Below, piece by piece: positions 54,818 through 64,000 of a stretch of DNA of 64,000 nt. The DNA comes from Spirochaetia bacterium (GTDB lineage: Bacteria; Spirochaetota; Leptospiria; Turneriellales; JAOUOS01). The notes below the pieces were generated by a model, which saw nothing but the letters and a program-made list of their open reading frames with translations, searched no databases and was not told the origin of the DNA. A program made the translations under genes and the position numbers. The stretch spans positions 117,353-181,352 of the forward strand of contig JAOUOT010000002.1 of the NCBI GenBank assembly GCA_029880265.1. Reading direction: 5' to 3'. Within the stretch, counting starts at the first letter, position 1. Each line of letters begins with the position of its first letter.

Positions 54818-56194
54818 TTATCTAACCCTTCTAATGCCAGACTCTCTGCCAGACTGCGATTTTTGATAAATCTCATTCAAAACTGAAAAGGTATTATCAA
54901 AAGAAGATACTTCATCTATTTCTTGGTTTAGAAATTTATCAAACTCATTTTTAAGCCTTATTGCCATATCTAATACATGATTAGAACCGCTTATATACGC
55001 GCCGAGATTTATTATTTCTTCATTTTCCTGATATTCCGCTAAATACTCTCTAAGTTTAGCCGCTTTTTGCCAATGTTGTTTTTCGGTTACAAAGGGCATG
55101 CTTCTGCTTATCGATTCGACAATTTCAACAGCGGGATAATGGCTTTTTCCCGCTAATTTTCTTGATAAGACGATATGCCCATCTAACATACCTCTTGCAG
55201 CGTCAGCTATTGGTTCATTCAAATCGTCAGCTTCGACTAATACCGTATAGACGGCTGTAATGCTTCCCTTTCTGGAGTTTCCCGCTCGCTCGATCAATTC
55301 GGGAAGTATGCTGAAAACCGATGGAGGATACCCTTTCGTAGTGGCGGGTTCCCCCGCACCGAGACCGACCTCGCGCTGCGCCATTGCCAGACGCGTTAGT
55401 GAATCCATCATTAATAGAACGTCTTTTCCTTCGTCGCGAAAATATTCGGCGATGGATGTCGCTAAATAAGCGGCTCTAACCCGATTCATTGGGCTATCGT
55501 TTGCCGATGCGACAATTATCACCGATTTTTTTAACCCCTGCTCGCCTAGTTCATTTTCAATAAATTCCAGCACTTCTCTTCCTCTTTCTCCGATTAATGC
55601 GATAACATTAACGTCAGACTTGCTGAACCTGGCAATCATACCCATCAAAGTACTTTTGCCTACCCCCGAACCTGAAAAAATCCCGACCCTTTGTCCTTTT
55701 CCCATTGTTAAAAAAGAATCTATAGATTTAATTCCCGTAACGAATGTTTCTCTGATCAAAGGCCTTTCAAGAGGATTCGGAGGATCATTGTACATACCTC
55801 CGGTTTTTTTAGTAAACAGGCTTCCTTTATCGTCAATCGGTTTGCCAATTCCATTTAAAACACGCCCTAGCAACTGTTCTCCTAACTTCACTTTTAACGG
55901 CCCGCCCATCGATAAAACCTTTGCCCCCGGATACACCCCTGTGATATTTTCTAAAGGCGAAAGAACCACGTAGCCATTTCTAAATCCAACAACTTCTGAA
56001 AGCACATATTTTTCTTCTTCTATTTTCTCTATGTGACACAAATCTCCCAAATGAACCTTCGGGCCCGACGATAGCACAATATTACCGATTACTTCAACAA
56101 CGCTTCCTAGCGCCCGAATTGTATCGGTCTTATCTACCAGTTCTTTATACTTTTCAAGTACGCCTAACGGTTTTACTATTTTTTTCGCTATCAT
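54818..56194 (-). CDS. fliI: flagellum-specific ATPase FliI
   Basis: Walker A is GSGVGKST and Walker B is VLLMMDSLTR. SITAVYTVLVEADD is present, and the organisation is F1-beta-like. Confidence 0.95.
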   Translation of the reverse strand: MIAKKIVKPLGVLEKYKELVDKTDTIRALGSVVEVIGNIVLSSGPKVHLGDLCHIEKIEEEKYVLSEVVGFRNGYVVLSPLENITGVYPGAKVLSMGGPLKVKLGEQLLGRVLNGIGKPIDDKGSLFTKKTGGMYNDPPNPLERPLIRETFVTGIKSIDSFLTMGKGQRVGIFSGSGVGKSTLMGMIARFSKSDVNVIALIGERGREVLEFIENELGEQGLKKSVIIVASANDSPMNRVRAAYLATSIAEYFRDEGKDVLLMMDSLTRLAMAQREVGLGAGEPATTKGYPPSVFSILPELIERAGNSRKGSITAVYTVLVEADDLNEPIADAARGMLDGHIVLSRKLAGKSHYPAVEIVESISRSMPFVTEKQHWQKAAKLREYLAEYQENEEIINLGAYISGSNHVLDMAIRLKNEFDKFLNQEIDEVSSFDNTFSVLNEIYQKSQSGRESGIRRVR

Positions 56195-56205
56195 CTTTTT
56201 CTTAC

Positions 56206-57129
56206 TTAAATAGGCTTCGCGTTTCTTATCGCCTCTTCAATTTCTTTGAGCTGGGTCGAAATTCTCGCGTCGATCGCGCCTACATCGGTTTCTATAATTA
56301 CGCCCCCTCTGTCTACTCTGGAATCTTCATAAATGTTTACTTTTCTAAGAGATTCCATCATCTTTATAATCTCGTCTTTATGCGCTGTCGTCAGCTCTAA
56401 ATCTGCGAAATTAACTCTAATATCAATTCTATCTCTGTCTTTTATTCGGGCAATCGCCTCTCGAATATTATTAAGAACGACCTCTTTTCTTTCAATAATT
56501 TCGTCTTTAATTACTTTTCTTGCAATCACTAGAATCATTTCAACCATTTGCTTTTCTGATTCTTTTATCACCTGTTCCCTTACGTCTATCGCGTTTCCTA
56601 ATATCGTTCCTAGTCTGTCTATCAACCTTCTTACTTCGCCCTGCCCTTCTCTATATCCCACTTCTTTTCCCGCGTTATAACCTCTTTGGTATGCCTCATG
56701 CTCAATATCTGAAACTCTCATTTCAGCTTCTTTTATCATTTTTTCGACTTCGAGTTTTGCTCTTTCTATAATTTGCTCAGACTTAGACCTTGCGTTTTCT
56801 TCTTCTTTTTTAGTTTTTTCTTTGGCGTCTTGAATCAGTCTAAACGCTTCGGCTTTGCCCTCTTCTTTGATGCGAGTCGATTCAGCTTCAGCGTTTTTAT
56901 TTTGGGTTTTTATTTTTTCTTCTGTTTCTTCTTTATATCTTTCGAGTTCATTTTCAATCTCTTCAATGGTAGGTCCCGTATATTGTTCTATTATATTGCC
57001 TTCGGTATCTAATTCAAACTCAGCCAATTCATCTAACTGTTGATATCTCTTATACCTATCGGGCAAATCAAGAATTATGGGTTCTTCTTGCGGTTTTATA
57101 TCATCCGGGTGAAATATTATTTTAGCCAT
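56206..57129 (-). CDS. fliH: flagellar assembly protein FliH
   Basis: 307 aa. An E/K-rich coiled coil precedes EAYQRGYNAGKEVGYREGQ...ILVIARKVI and the C-terminal GGVIIETDVGAIDARISTQL. It lies between fliG and fliI. Confidence 0.75.
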   Translation of the reverse strand: MAKIIFHPDDIKPQEEPIILDLPDRYKRYQQLDELAEFELDTEGNIIEQYTGPTIEEIENELERYKEETEEKIKTQNKNAEAESTRIKEEGKAEAFRLIQDAKEKTKKEEENARSKSEQIIERAKLEVEKMIKEAEMRVSDIEHEAYQRGYNAGKEVGYREGQGEVRRLIDRLGTILGNAIDVREQVIKESEKQMVEMILVIARKVIKDEIIERKEVVLNNIREAIARIKDRDRIDIRVNFADLELTTAHKDEIIKMMESLRKVNIYEDSRVDRGGVIIETDVGAIDARISTQLKEIEEAIRNAKPI

Positions 57130-57163
57130 TTTTTTTCCTTAAAACAATTCTTATCATATAAAA

Positions 57164-58177
57164 TTAGGTAACAAGTTCGTCTTCTCCCGCTCTTGCCACG
57201 ATAATTTCGCCTTCTTCTTCAAGTTTTCTGATTATATTTACAATTTTTTGCTGAGCTTCTTCAACGTCTTTGAGGCGAATCGGCCCCATAAATTCCATAT
57301 CTTCTCTTAAAAGGGCAGCGGCTCGTTTTGACATATTTCTGAAGATTTTCTCTTGAACTTCGGTATCAACCGCCTTTAGAGCTTTTGCAAGATCCTGGTT
57401 ATCTAGCTCACGCAATGTTTTTTGTATGGCCTTATCGTCTAGAAGAACGATATCTTCAAATACAAACATCTTCTTTTTTATTTCTTCGGCAAGTTCCGGA
57501 TCTTCTTCTTCAAGCGCCTCAATAATGCTCTTTTCGGTACCTCTGTCTACATTATTCAAGATTTCAACAACCGCGTCAATACCTCCGGCTGCCGCATAAT
57601 CTTCATTAGACAAAGTAGATAGTTTTCTTTCAAGAACCCTCTCGACTTCTCTTAAAACTTCGGGAGACGTTCTATCCATCTTTGCAATTCTTCTGGCCAC
57701 ATCGGCTTGAATCTGGTGAGGAAGGCTGGCAATGATAAAAGATGATTTTGCGGGGTCTATATATGATAAAATAAGAGCAATCGTTTGAGGGTGCTCATTT
57801 TGAATAAAGTTCAATAAGTGACTAGGATCCTGTCTTCTTACAAAGTCAAACGGACGAACTTGAAGCGAACTCGTCAAACGGTTAATAATATCAATCGCTT
57901 TTTGGGTACCCAGGGCTCTTTCTAAAATACCGCGGGCAGAATCAATACCGCCTTTTGTGATAAACTCCTGAGCCATCATAAGCTCTTGAAATTCCTGCAA
58001 GACTCTTTCTTTGTCGTCGGGCGTTACTTTTTCAAGTCGGGCAATTTCGTATGTTAGAGTATCTACCTCGGCCTCGGCAAGCCGCTTCATTACTTCAGAA
58101 GAAACCTCCGGGCCCACGGCGAGCAAAAAGATTGCCGCTTTTTGTTTTCCGCTCATATCAGATTGTCTACCTATCAT
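57164..58177 (-). CDS. fliG: flagellar motor switch protein FliG
   Basis: 337 aa. It carries GKQKAAIFLLAVG, EHPQTIALILSY and MFVFEDIVLLDD, and the C-terminal torque helix region is RNMSKRAAALLREDME. Confidence 0.95.
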   Translation of the reverse strand: MIGRQSDMSGKQKAAIFLLAVGPEVSSEVMKRLAEAEVDTLTYEIARLEKVTPDDKERVLQEFQELMMAQEFITKGGIDSARGILERALGTQKAIDIINRLTSSLQVRPFDFVRRQDPSHLLNFIQNEHPQTIALILSYIDPAKSSFIIASLPHQIQADVARRIAKMDRTSPEVLREVERVLERKLSTLSNEDYAAAGGIDAVVEILNNVDRGTEKSIIEALEEEDPELAEEIKKKMFVFEDIVLLDDKAIQKTLRELDNQDLAKALKAVDTEVQEKIFRNMSKRAAALLREDMEFMGPIRLKDVEEAQQKIVNIIRKLEEEGEIIVARAGEDELVT

Positions 58178-58258
58178 ATCTAACCTCTGTTATATTTATC
58201 GACTTATTTCTCATAAATAAAAACATTCATTCCTTAAGCTATTAATCTATGCGACTTT

Positions 58259-59947
58259 TTATTCATCTGCCGCAAGCCATGTTCTTAATAGCTGAGCGAC
58301 ATCTTCAGGTCTTTCTTTCGCCAGACTAACGGCGTTTTCAAGCATTTCTTTGCGAGCCTTTTCTTCAAGAGACAATTCGACCTCTACGCCTTCTTCTTCA
58401 ATGGCTCTTAACGCCGCCTCGCGCATCATTTGCTGCTGAGCCGCCAGCTCTTCTTCACGCAGACGACGCCTCTTTTCCATTTCTCGCTTAATAACATGAT
58501 AAACCGCAAAAGCCAAAAAGACCACCATTAACGATATAAGACCGACTAAAAGCATTTTGCGCATCGCTTTGCTTTTTCGAAGTTCCGCGTCTTCTTCTTC
58601 ATGTTCCCTGAATCTGTCTTTTTGTATATGCTGTACCGATATCTGATCTCCGCGAGAAGCGCTATAGTCAATGGCCTTTTTAAGAACATCTGTTATATTT
58701 CTCAACTCTTCGGCGGTAACCGTATGATATTTACGTTCATATCCGGTTTCGTCTTCTTTTTCTTTAACTCGTTCCCATTTTCCGTCTATGATTACCGCTA
58801 AATTTCGACCGCCGAACTCCCAAGGCTGTTTTTTAATTCTTCTGACATTTTCGTTAAACTTATTATTTTCAATTCTTTCTATTTTTGTATACTTTGCTTT
58901 TTGATAATCTTTATCTTTATATCCGGGCGGAAGATTCGGCTCTGAACCGGCGGGGCCCTCGGGAGTAAATCCGTTCCCTTCAAATTTCTCTTCAACCTCT
59001 TTAGTTGATACAGCAAGCGAATCTTGCACAACCTCTTCTGAATAAGGAGTATCAGGATTGTCTTTTTTCATAATAACCGGAGCAACATTGGTTTCTTCGC
59101 TTTCTTCTTCGTCCCATCGCATTTCAAGATCAAGCCTTACAACATCGGCGCGGTCTTTCCCGAAAAATGAAACCAGAGAGTTATTGATATCTGTTAAGAG
59201 TTTTATTCTTTCTCTTTCTTGAATTCTAAGTTTATCTTCAACTCGTTTTATTTTTGCTTTTTCTTTATCTAGTTCATTATCAAAATCATTCAGTATCTCG
59301 CCGTCTGGGCCGGCTATTGAAACATTTTCTTTTTTAAGACCGGGAACTGAACGGCTTACTAACGTGACGATGCCTTCTATTTCTCTTCTCGATAAATTTT
59401 CAATTCCTGGCGCATATTTTAAGATTACAGAAGCGGTTCGCGGCTCGACTCTTTCTTCAAACAATTGTTCCTTAGGAAAGGCTATATTAACCACGGCGCT
59501 ATCGACAGATTTTAATGTCGACAATGTTCTTGTGAGGGCCCCCATCAGCGCTCTTTGGGTTTTGATTTCTTTTTCAAACTGGGTCTCTGACCACTTGTCC
59601 ATATCAAAAAGTTCCCAGCCGGCGACTCCAGCCGGAATAAGCCCTTCTTGGGCAAGTTTCATCATGATTTCGCCTTTTTGCTCGGGAGATACCAAAATAA
59701 CCTCAATGCCTGAAGTCGTGAAACCAAAGCCCATTTCTTCAAGTTTGCCCGAGATGTCGGCAAATTCTTTTGCCTCTAATTTTTTTTGAAAAAGCGAAAC
59801 CTTCGATCCCGTTGACGAATAAGAGCCAATCATGACCAAAGACGCTATCGCCGTAGCCGCGACAGCGCCCGCTATAATTTTTTGAGTAGCGTCTAGTTTT
59901 TCAAAAACAGCTTTTATATTTTCAATAATTTTATTAAAGTCTGGCAT
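58259..59947 (-). CDS. fliF: flagellar MS-ring protein FliF
   Basis: 562 aa with N- and C-proximal TMs. The strings LFDMDKW..TQFEKEI..QRALMGALTRTL and SASVIL are present, and the C-terminal tail LLRTWL is the FliG-binding region. Confidence 0.9.
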   Translation of the reverse strand: MPDFNKIIENIKAVFEKLDATQKIIAGAVAATAIASLVMIGSYSSTGSKVSLFQKKLEAKEFADISGKLEEMGFGFTTSGIEVILVSPEQKGEIMMKLAQEGLIPAGVAGWELFDMDKWSETQFEKEIKTQRALMGALTRTLSTLKSVDSAVVNIAFPKEQLFEERVEPRTASVILKYAPGIENLSRREIEGIVTLVSRSVPGLKKENVSIAGPDGEILNDFDNELDKEKAKIKRVEDKLRIQERERIKLLTDINNSLVSFFGKDRADVVRLDLEMRWDEEESEETNVAPVIMKKDNPDTPYSEEVVQDSLAVSTKEVEEKFEGNGFTPEGPAGSEPNLPPGYKDKDYQKAKYTKIERIENNKFNENVRRIKKQPWEFGGRNLAVIIDGKWERVKEKEDETGYERKYHTVTAEELRNITDVLKKAIDYSASRGDQISVQHIQKDRFREHEEEDAELRKSKAMRKMLLVGLISLMVVFLAFAVYHVIKREMEKRRRLREEELAAQQQMMREAALRAIEEEGVEVELSLEEKARKEMLENAVSLAKERPEDVAQLLRTWLAADE

Positions 59948-60037
59948 GGGAAAACCTCTTTTTTATTCATATTAATTTACCCAAGTTCCCTTTGATGTTT
60001 TTTATTTTTTAATAAATCTGTTTTTTTATTCATTTAT

Positions 60038-60379
60038 TTATCTTAAATTAACAAGTTCTCTATATGTTTTTACGGCCATGTCGGCTAATGTCTTTGTATA
60101 TGTTAAAGACATCCTCGCCTTTTCAGCCGCTATCAGTACAGAATGCACGCTTACAGAGCCGGGATCTGCGACCGCTTGATGAGATAAGTTTTCTGCATAA
60201 ACCTGCTGATCGTTTACTTGCTGCAAGGCTCTCGTTAAAACTTTTGCAAAATTTTCGGCGGGCGATTCGGATGTTTTCGCAGACTTAATACCATTGTAAT
60301 GCTTCAGATCAGACGTCTTTAGCGGTATTATGTCTCCTTTAACCATGCTTTGAGTTAAGCTTTTGCTTATAATGTCCAT
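60038..60379 (-). CDS. fliE: flagellar hook-basal body complex protein FliE
   Basis: 113 aa. The C-terminal signature is HSVLIAAEKARMSLTYTKTLADMAVKTYRELVNLR. Confidence 0.85.
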   Translation of the reverse strand: MDIISKSLTQSMVKGDIIPLKTSDLKHYNGIKSAKTSESPAENFAKVLTRALQQVNDQQVYAENLSHQAVADPGSVSVHSVLIAAEKARMSLTYTKTLADMAVKTYRELVNLR

Positions 60380-60442
60380 ACTGTCTCCTATGCTATATAC
60401 TTTATATATCGTGTCAAATGTTTTTTATATATTTTTTTCTTT

Positions 60443-60898
60443 TTATCTTCCTATCTGCATTGCCGATCTAAACATGCTTTTATATCCGTTAATCATTTGC
60501 ACGTTTGCCTCATAGGCCCGGCTTGCAGATATCATATCTACCATTTCAGTCACCGGATTTATATTGGGATACTCGACATATCCCTTATAGGGCCCGATTT
60601 TAATGGAGTCTTTATGCCCCGGATCATAGACCCTTCTTACGGGGGTTTCGTCGTCCCTTTCTATTTTAACCACGCGAACGCCCTGTCCCTCGCCATTTCT
60701 AAGACCAAAAGGATAAACGGGCGATTTCCATTTTGTTCTTAAATTGACCGGTTGAAGTATGACTCTTCTTTTTTTATAGGGTCCGTCTCCCTCTGTTGTG
60801 CGCGTAGTAGAAACATTGGCCAGGTTATTTGAGATGACATCAAGCCGAAGTCTTTGGGCGCTTAATCCGGTGGAGGCTATATTTATTGCTTCAAACAT
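60443..60898 (-). CDS. flgC: flagellar basal-body rod protein FlgC
   Basis: The N-terminus is INIASTGLSAQRLRLDVISNNLANVSTTRT, and the C-terminus is MISASRAYEANVQ. Confidence 0.92.
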   Translation of the reverse strand: MFEAINIASTGLSAQRLRLDVISNNLANVSTTRTTEGDGPYKKRRVILQPVNLRTKWKSPVYPFGLRNGEGQGVRVVKIERDDETPVRRVYDPGHKDSIKIGPYKGYVEYPNINPVTEMVDMISASRAYEANVQMINGYKSMFRSAMQIGR

Positions 60899-60926
60899 AA
60901 TTCTTCTTCTTTCTTAATTAAATTTT

Positions 60927-61361
60927 CTACGGCGCTCTCATCACAATATTCATGATTCGAAAATGATGATTTATCTGCGAAGTCATAAATTCATATGTGA
61001 GTTGATTTTTAACCGCTAAACTCATTTCATGCTCTACATCTACATTATTGCCGTCGTTTCGCATTGTGGTTAAATAATCAATAACGGGTCTTGCCTTTGT
61101 TTCTCGATAATCCAATGATTTAAAAAAAGGGATATGTCGTTCGTCGGTTACTCTGGCGGGAACTTCGTTTTTTTTAACGTATTCTTCAGAATCAAGAGCC
61201 CGTCTTAATTGGGCCTCAAAAGTAACCTGAGTTCTTTTAAAATGCGGCGTGTCTACATTTGCAATATTATTGGCAATTACCTTTCTTCTAAGCTCGGCCG
61301 TATCTAACCCTTTTTCTAAAAGAGAGACTGACTTGTTCCAGTTTAACCTTGAATCTATCAT
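60927..61361 (-). CDS. flgB: flagellar basal-body rod protein FlgB
   Basis: AELRRKVIANNIANVDTPHFKR is the rod N-terminal motif. I prefer the ATG at 61361 (MIDSRLNW...) to the ORF-track TTG at 61400, because FlgB N-termini normally start close to the rod motif. Confidence 0.88.
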   Translation of the reverse strand: MIDSRLNWNKSVSLLEKGLDTAELRRKVIANNIANVDTPHFKRTQVTFEAQLRRALDSEEYVKKNEVPARVTDERHIPFFKSLDYRETKARPVIDYLTTMRNDGNNVDVEHEMSLAVKNQLTYEFMTSQINHHFRIMNIVMRAP

Positions 61362-61553
61362 TGTTATAAGTATCGTCAGAATTTTAAAAAGATTAATCAA
61401 TAAATTCGCTTGATCGCATGTCTCTGCAAAAAATACTATGAAAAGATGCAGGTAGTTTTGCGCCCAAACATTATCGACAAAACAAATCTGACCTCGTAAA
61501 AATAGACTAAATTATAATATTTTTATAATATTTAGACGTAAGCAGGATAATTT

Positions 61554-62120
61554 ATGAAAAAGAAAATCAAACCATTCTTGTTACTAGGCGGCCTTAGTTT
61601 AATAGCGGTAACATACGCTATTTATTCTCAAAGCGCGCATAGCAATTTATCAGATCCCGTGATGTTAAAAAAGTTTAAATATATTTCTGAAAGGCTCATG
61701 TGTCCCTGCGGATGCGCGCTGCCTTTAAATACCTGCAATATGTCTGACTGCATAGCGTGGGACATGAGAAAATCTGTTGAAATTCTCTTGAAATCGGGAC
61801 AATCTGAAGAATTCATTATTAACGGATTTATAAACGGCTTTGGGCCCCTTATCGACACCGACCCTGCGTTTAGGCACATGTCTTCAGGGGTTAAAAATTT
61901 ATTTCGCAGAGGTATGGGCGAAGAGGGCTTTACCGAGCCATACAACAGAAATCCCGAAATTTGGATAGCCGTATCGGCTGTTTTATTTTCTGCAATAGCC
62001 GGATGGTTTATTCGCTCTCATTTTCGCAAAATAAATCTTGCAAAAACCGGCAAAGAAAAAGAACAGGAAAAAACAACCGAAAAAGAAGAAGAACTCTATA
62101 AAAAATTGTACGACGAATAA
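61554..62120 (+). CDS. CcmH/NrfF-family-like cytochrome c maturation protein (variant CPCGC motif)
   Basis: A signal peptide is followed by ISERLMCPCGCALPLNTC and MRKSVEILLKSGQSEEFIINGFINGFG. The latter compares with E. coli CcmH LRQKVYELMQEGKSKKEIVDYMVARYG. A C-proximal TM is also present, so the architecture matches CcmH. Confidence 0.5.
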   Translation: MKKKIKPFLLLGGLSLIAVTYAIYSQSAHSNLSDPVMLKKFKYISERLMCPCGCALPLNTCNMSDCIAWDMRKSVEILLKSGQSEEFIINGFINGFGPLIDTDPAFRHMSSGVKNLFRRGMGEEGFTEPYNRNPEIWIAVSAVLFSAIAGWFIRSHFRKINLAKTGKEKEQEKTTEKEEELYKKLYDE

Positions 62121-62249
62121 TTTTTTTCATTGGCGCCTTGTTCAATTTACTGGTCATATCTATTGCTATCATTAAGCAAATTTGAAACTAATCTTTATTT
62201 CAAATTTACTTGCCGCGATATCTAAAGAAATGCTTCTCATTCACAAAAG

Positions 62250-63158
62250 ATGACGTCTGACGAACTGCAAAAAACAGAAGAAATTGCCCTGAAAATACGC
62301 CGTCTTGTTTTTGAGCATACCATTAAAAATAACGGCGGATATTTGAGCCAGGCCGCGTCTTCGGCCGATTTTCTTGCGGCTTTATACAGTAAAATATTAA
62401 ATCTGGGCAAATCAATCGCTCCTGATATGCCTCTTGCTTACGCCGGCAATCCATCTTCCATGAATAAAAACTATACAACAGGCGCCCTGTATCACGGCGA
62501 AAAAAAAGACGAATATGACAGATTTTTCGTTTCACCAGCCCATTACGCTCTGGTTATTTACGCCGCTTTAATCGCGGTCGGCAGAATGAACGAAAAGGCT
62601 CTTGACCTTTTTAATAAAGACGGCTCAAGCGTCGAGATGATAGGCGCCGAGCACTCTCCGGGTATGGAGGTCACCAACGGCTCTCTGGCACAGACTTTAA
62701 GCATGGCATCAGGAGTCGCTTTCGCCCGCAGGGTAAAAAAAGAAAAGGGCCGCGTATGGGTTTTTATCTCTGACGGCGAATTTCAAGAGGGCCAGACATG
62801 GGAGACCTTTTTAACCATGGGCCATTATAATTTAAATAATATGGCCGTTATCGCCGACATGAACGGCCAGCAATGCGACGGGGCGGTTCATACCGTCATG
62901 CAGATTGGCGATGTTGAACAAAAGCTTCGCGCCTTTGGGGCCAACGTAATGACAGTTGACGGACACAATATCAAAGAAATTTACAGGGCGTCAGAAATAA
63001 AGCCTTATAACGGCCCGCTTGTCATTTTAGCCAATACGTCCCCCTGGCGGGGCATGAACGCTTTAAAAAAAAGATACCCGAGGCTTCATTATGTTCGATT
63101 TAAAAGCGAAGCCGAAAAACAAAACCTAAAAGAAGAAATATCAAAACAGTTATATTAA
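62250..63158 (+). CDS. transketolase, N-terminal (TPP-binding) subunit
   Basis: 302 aa. GGYLSQAASSADFLAALY, SPAHYALVIY and the TPP motif ISDGEFQEGQTWE...NGQQCDG are typical of the split transketolase A subunit. Confidence 0.9.
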   Translation: MTSDELQKTEEIALKIRRLVFEHTIKNNGGYLSQAASSADFLAALYSKILNLGKSIAPDMPLAYAGNPSSMNKNYTTGALYHGEKKDEYDRFFVSPAHYALVIYAALIAVGRMNEKALDLFNKDGSSVEMIGAEHSPGMEVTNGSLAQTLSMASGVAFARRVKKEKGRVWVFISDGEFQEGQTWETFLTMGHYNLNNMAVIADMNGQQCDGAVHTVMQIGDVEQKLRAFGANVMTVDGHNIKEIYRASEIKPYNGPLVILANTSPWRGMNALKKRYPRLHYVRFKSEAEKQNLKEEISKQLY

Positions 63159-63159
63159 A

Positions 63160-64000
63160 ATGAAAGTCGTTCAAAAACCATATGCAAAGGCGTTTATTGA
63201 TTTCGCGAAAGATAAAAAAGATGTTTATTGCGTAACCGCCGATTTAACCAGCTCGTGCGAAGTCGACACCTTCAGAGATCAGCATCCTGAACGTTTTATT
63301 TCGCTGGGAATGACAGAACAGAATATGGTAAGCTTTTGCTCAGGGCTCGCGATGGAGGGCTTTTGGCCGTTTATACACACGTTTGCCGTTTTTTTATACC
63401 GCAGGGTACTCGACCAAATTATCTGCTCTGCGGCCTACCCCAACAGAAAAGTTCGTCTGATGGGGTTCTTGCCCGGCATTACAACCCCCGGCGGTATTAC
63501 GCACCAGGCAATTGAAGATATAGCGGTTTTAAGATGCATACCGAATATGACCATTCTTGAAACCGGCGACGCGACCGAAGTTGAAACCGTACTTGATATC
63601 GCCGATTCTATTGACGGCCCGGTTTATGTAAGAGTTCTTCGCGGCGAAGTACTTCGGCTTTTTGATTCGCCTTTTCAGTTTAATCGTCTTCGCCTGCTTT
63701 CAGAGGGCGAAGACATCTTGCTTTTAACGTCGGGAATCATGACAGAAGAGGCCCTGAAAGTAACCGGCGCCTTAAAAAACGCGGGCGTTTCAATTTGCCA
63801 TCTTCATGTTTCAACCTTAAAACCGTTTGCCGAAAAAGAGTTTCTCGATTGTCTCTCAAAGGTAAAGCATGGGGTTATCACTCTTGAAAACCATGTTATA
63901 ACCGGCGGTCTCGGTTCGATTGTCTCTGAAATCATGGCTGAAAACGGCGTCTCTAAAAAGCTTACGCGTCTCGGTTTAAAAGATACCTTTGCCCACGGCG
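63160..64000 (+). CDS. transketolase, C-terminal (pyrimidine-binding) subunit; 3' end beyond the window
   Basis: Not in the ORF track because it is open at the window end. The ATG at 63160 follows the upstream stop by 1 nt. My translation reads MKVVQKPYAKAFIDFAKDKKDVYCVTADLTSSCEVDTFRDQHPERFISLGMTEQNMVSFCSGLAMEG..., typical of the split transketolase B subunit. Confidence 0.9.
   Translation, partial: MKVVQKPYAKAFIDFAKDKKDVYCVTADLTSSCEVDTFRDQHPERFISLGMTEQNMVSFCSGLAMEGFWPFIHTFAVFLYRRVLDQIICSAAYPNRKVRLMGFLPGITTPGGITHQAIEDIAVLRCIPNMTILETGDATEVETVLDIADSIDGPVYVRVLRGEVLRLFDSPFQFNRLRLLSEGEDILLLTSGIMTEEALKVTGALKNAGVSICHLHVSTLKPFAEKEFLDCLSKVKHGVITLENHVITGGLGSIVSEIMAENGVSKKLTRLGLKDTFAHG

Noticed and set aside
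62178-62207. 10-bp inverted repeat aaatttgaaa / tttcaaattt with a 10-nt loop between the CcmH-like gene and transketolase
   Set aside because: It could be a weak terminator or an operator. But it is A/T-only, has no following T-run, and has no associated regulator gene. It is not supportable as a feature.

Overview
This is a 64 kb window of AT-rich, very tightly packed bacterial chromosome. About 60 genes are present, and several convergent pairs have back-to-back stop codons. Most of it is housekeeping. It includes eno, ribBA, argS, queD, pcnB, tRNA-Ser(GGA), cobA, yidC-jag-mnmE, efp, pgk, uppP, ftsK, a split transketolase, and a cell-division cluster (ftsB ... zapB-like, zapA). A complete flgB-flgC-fliE-fliF-fliG-fliH-fliI-fliJ flagellar operon lies on the minus strand. 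The gene order, an FlbB/MotE-like gene after fliJ, a PAS-adenylate cyclase, a STAS antagonist and Cys-containing signal peptides suggest a spirochaete or Leptospira-like host. That assignment is inference only and cannot be proven from the sequence alone. The most unusual content is a compact cytochrome cd1 nitrite reductase cassette (nirS, small cytochrome c, NirN/NirF-like) between ftsK and the end of the flagellar operon. Each of its genes has its own terminator, and no haem d1 biosynthesis or NO reductase genes are in the window. Other items worth a second look:
- a 1983-aa predicted outer-membrane giant protein downstream of a STAS gene
- a trypsin-like protease gene apparently split at a T6/A6 homopolymer
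- two candidate structured or small RNAs in intergenic regions
- a TetR gene with a perfect 13-bp-arm operator, followed by a His-rich membrane protein
- a double zinc-ribbon/TM/LolA-like protein inside the division cluster
- an FtsK without N-terminal membrane segments

I saw no CRISPR array, IS element, integrase, rRNA or recognisable defence system. All function calls rest on motif recognition by eye and on remembered family features, not on database searches.
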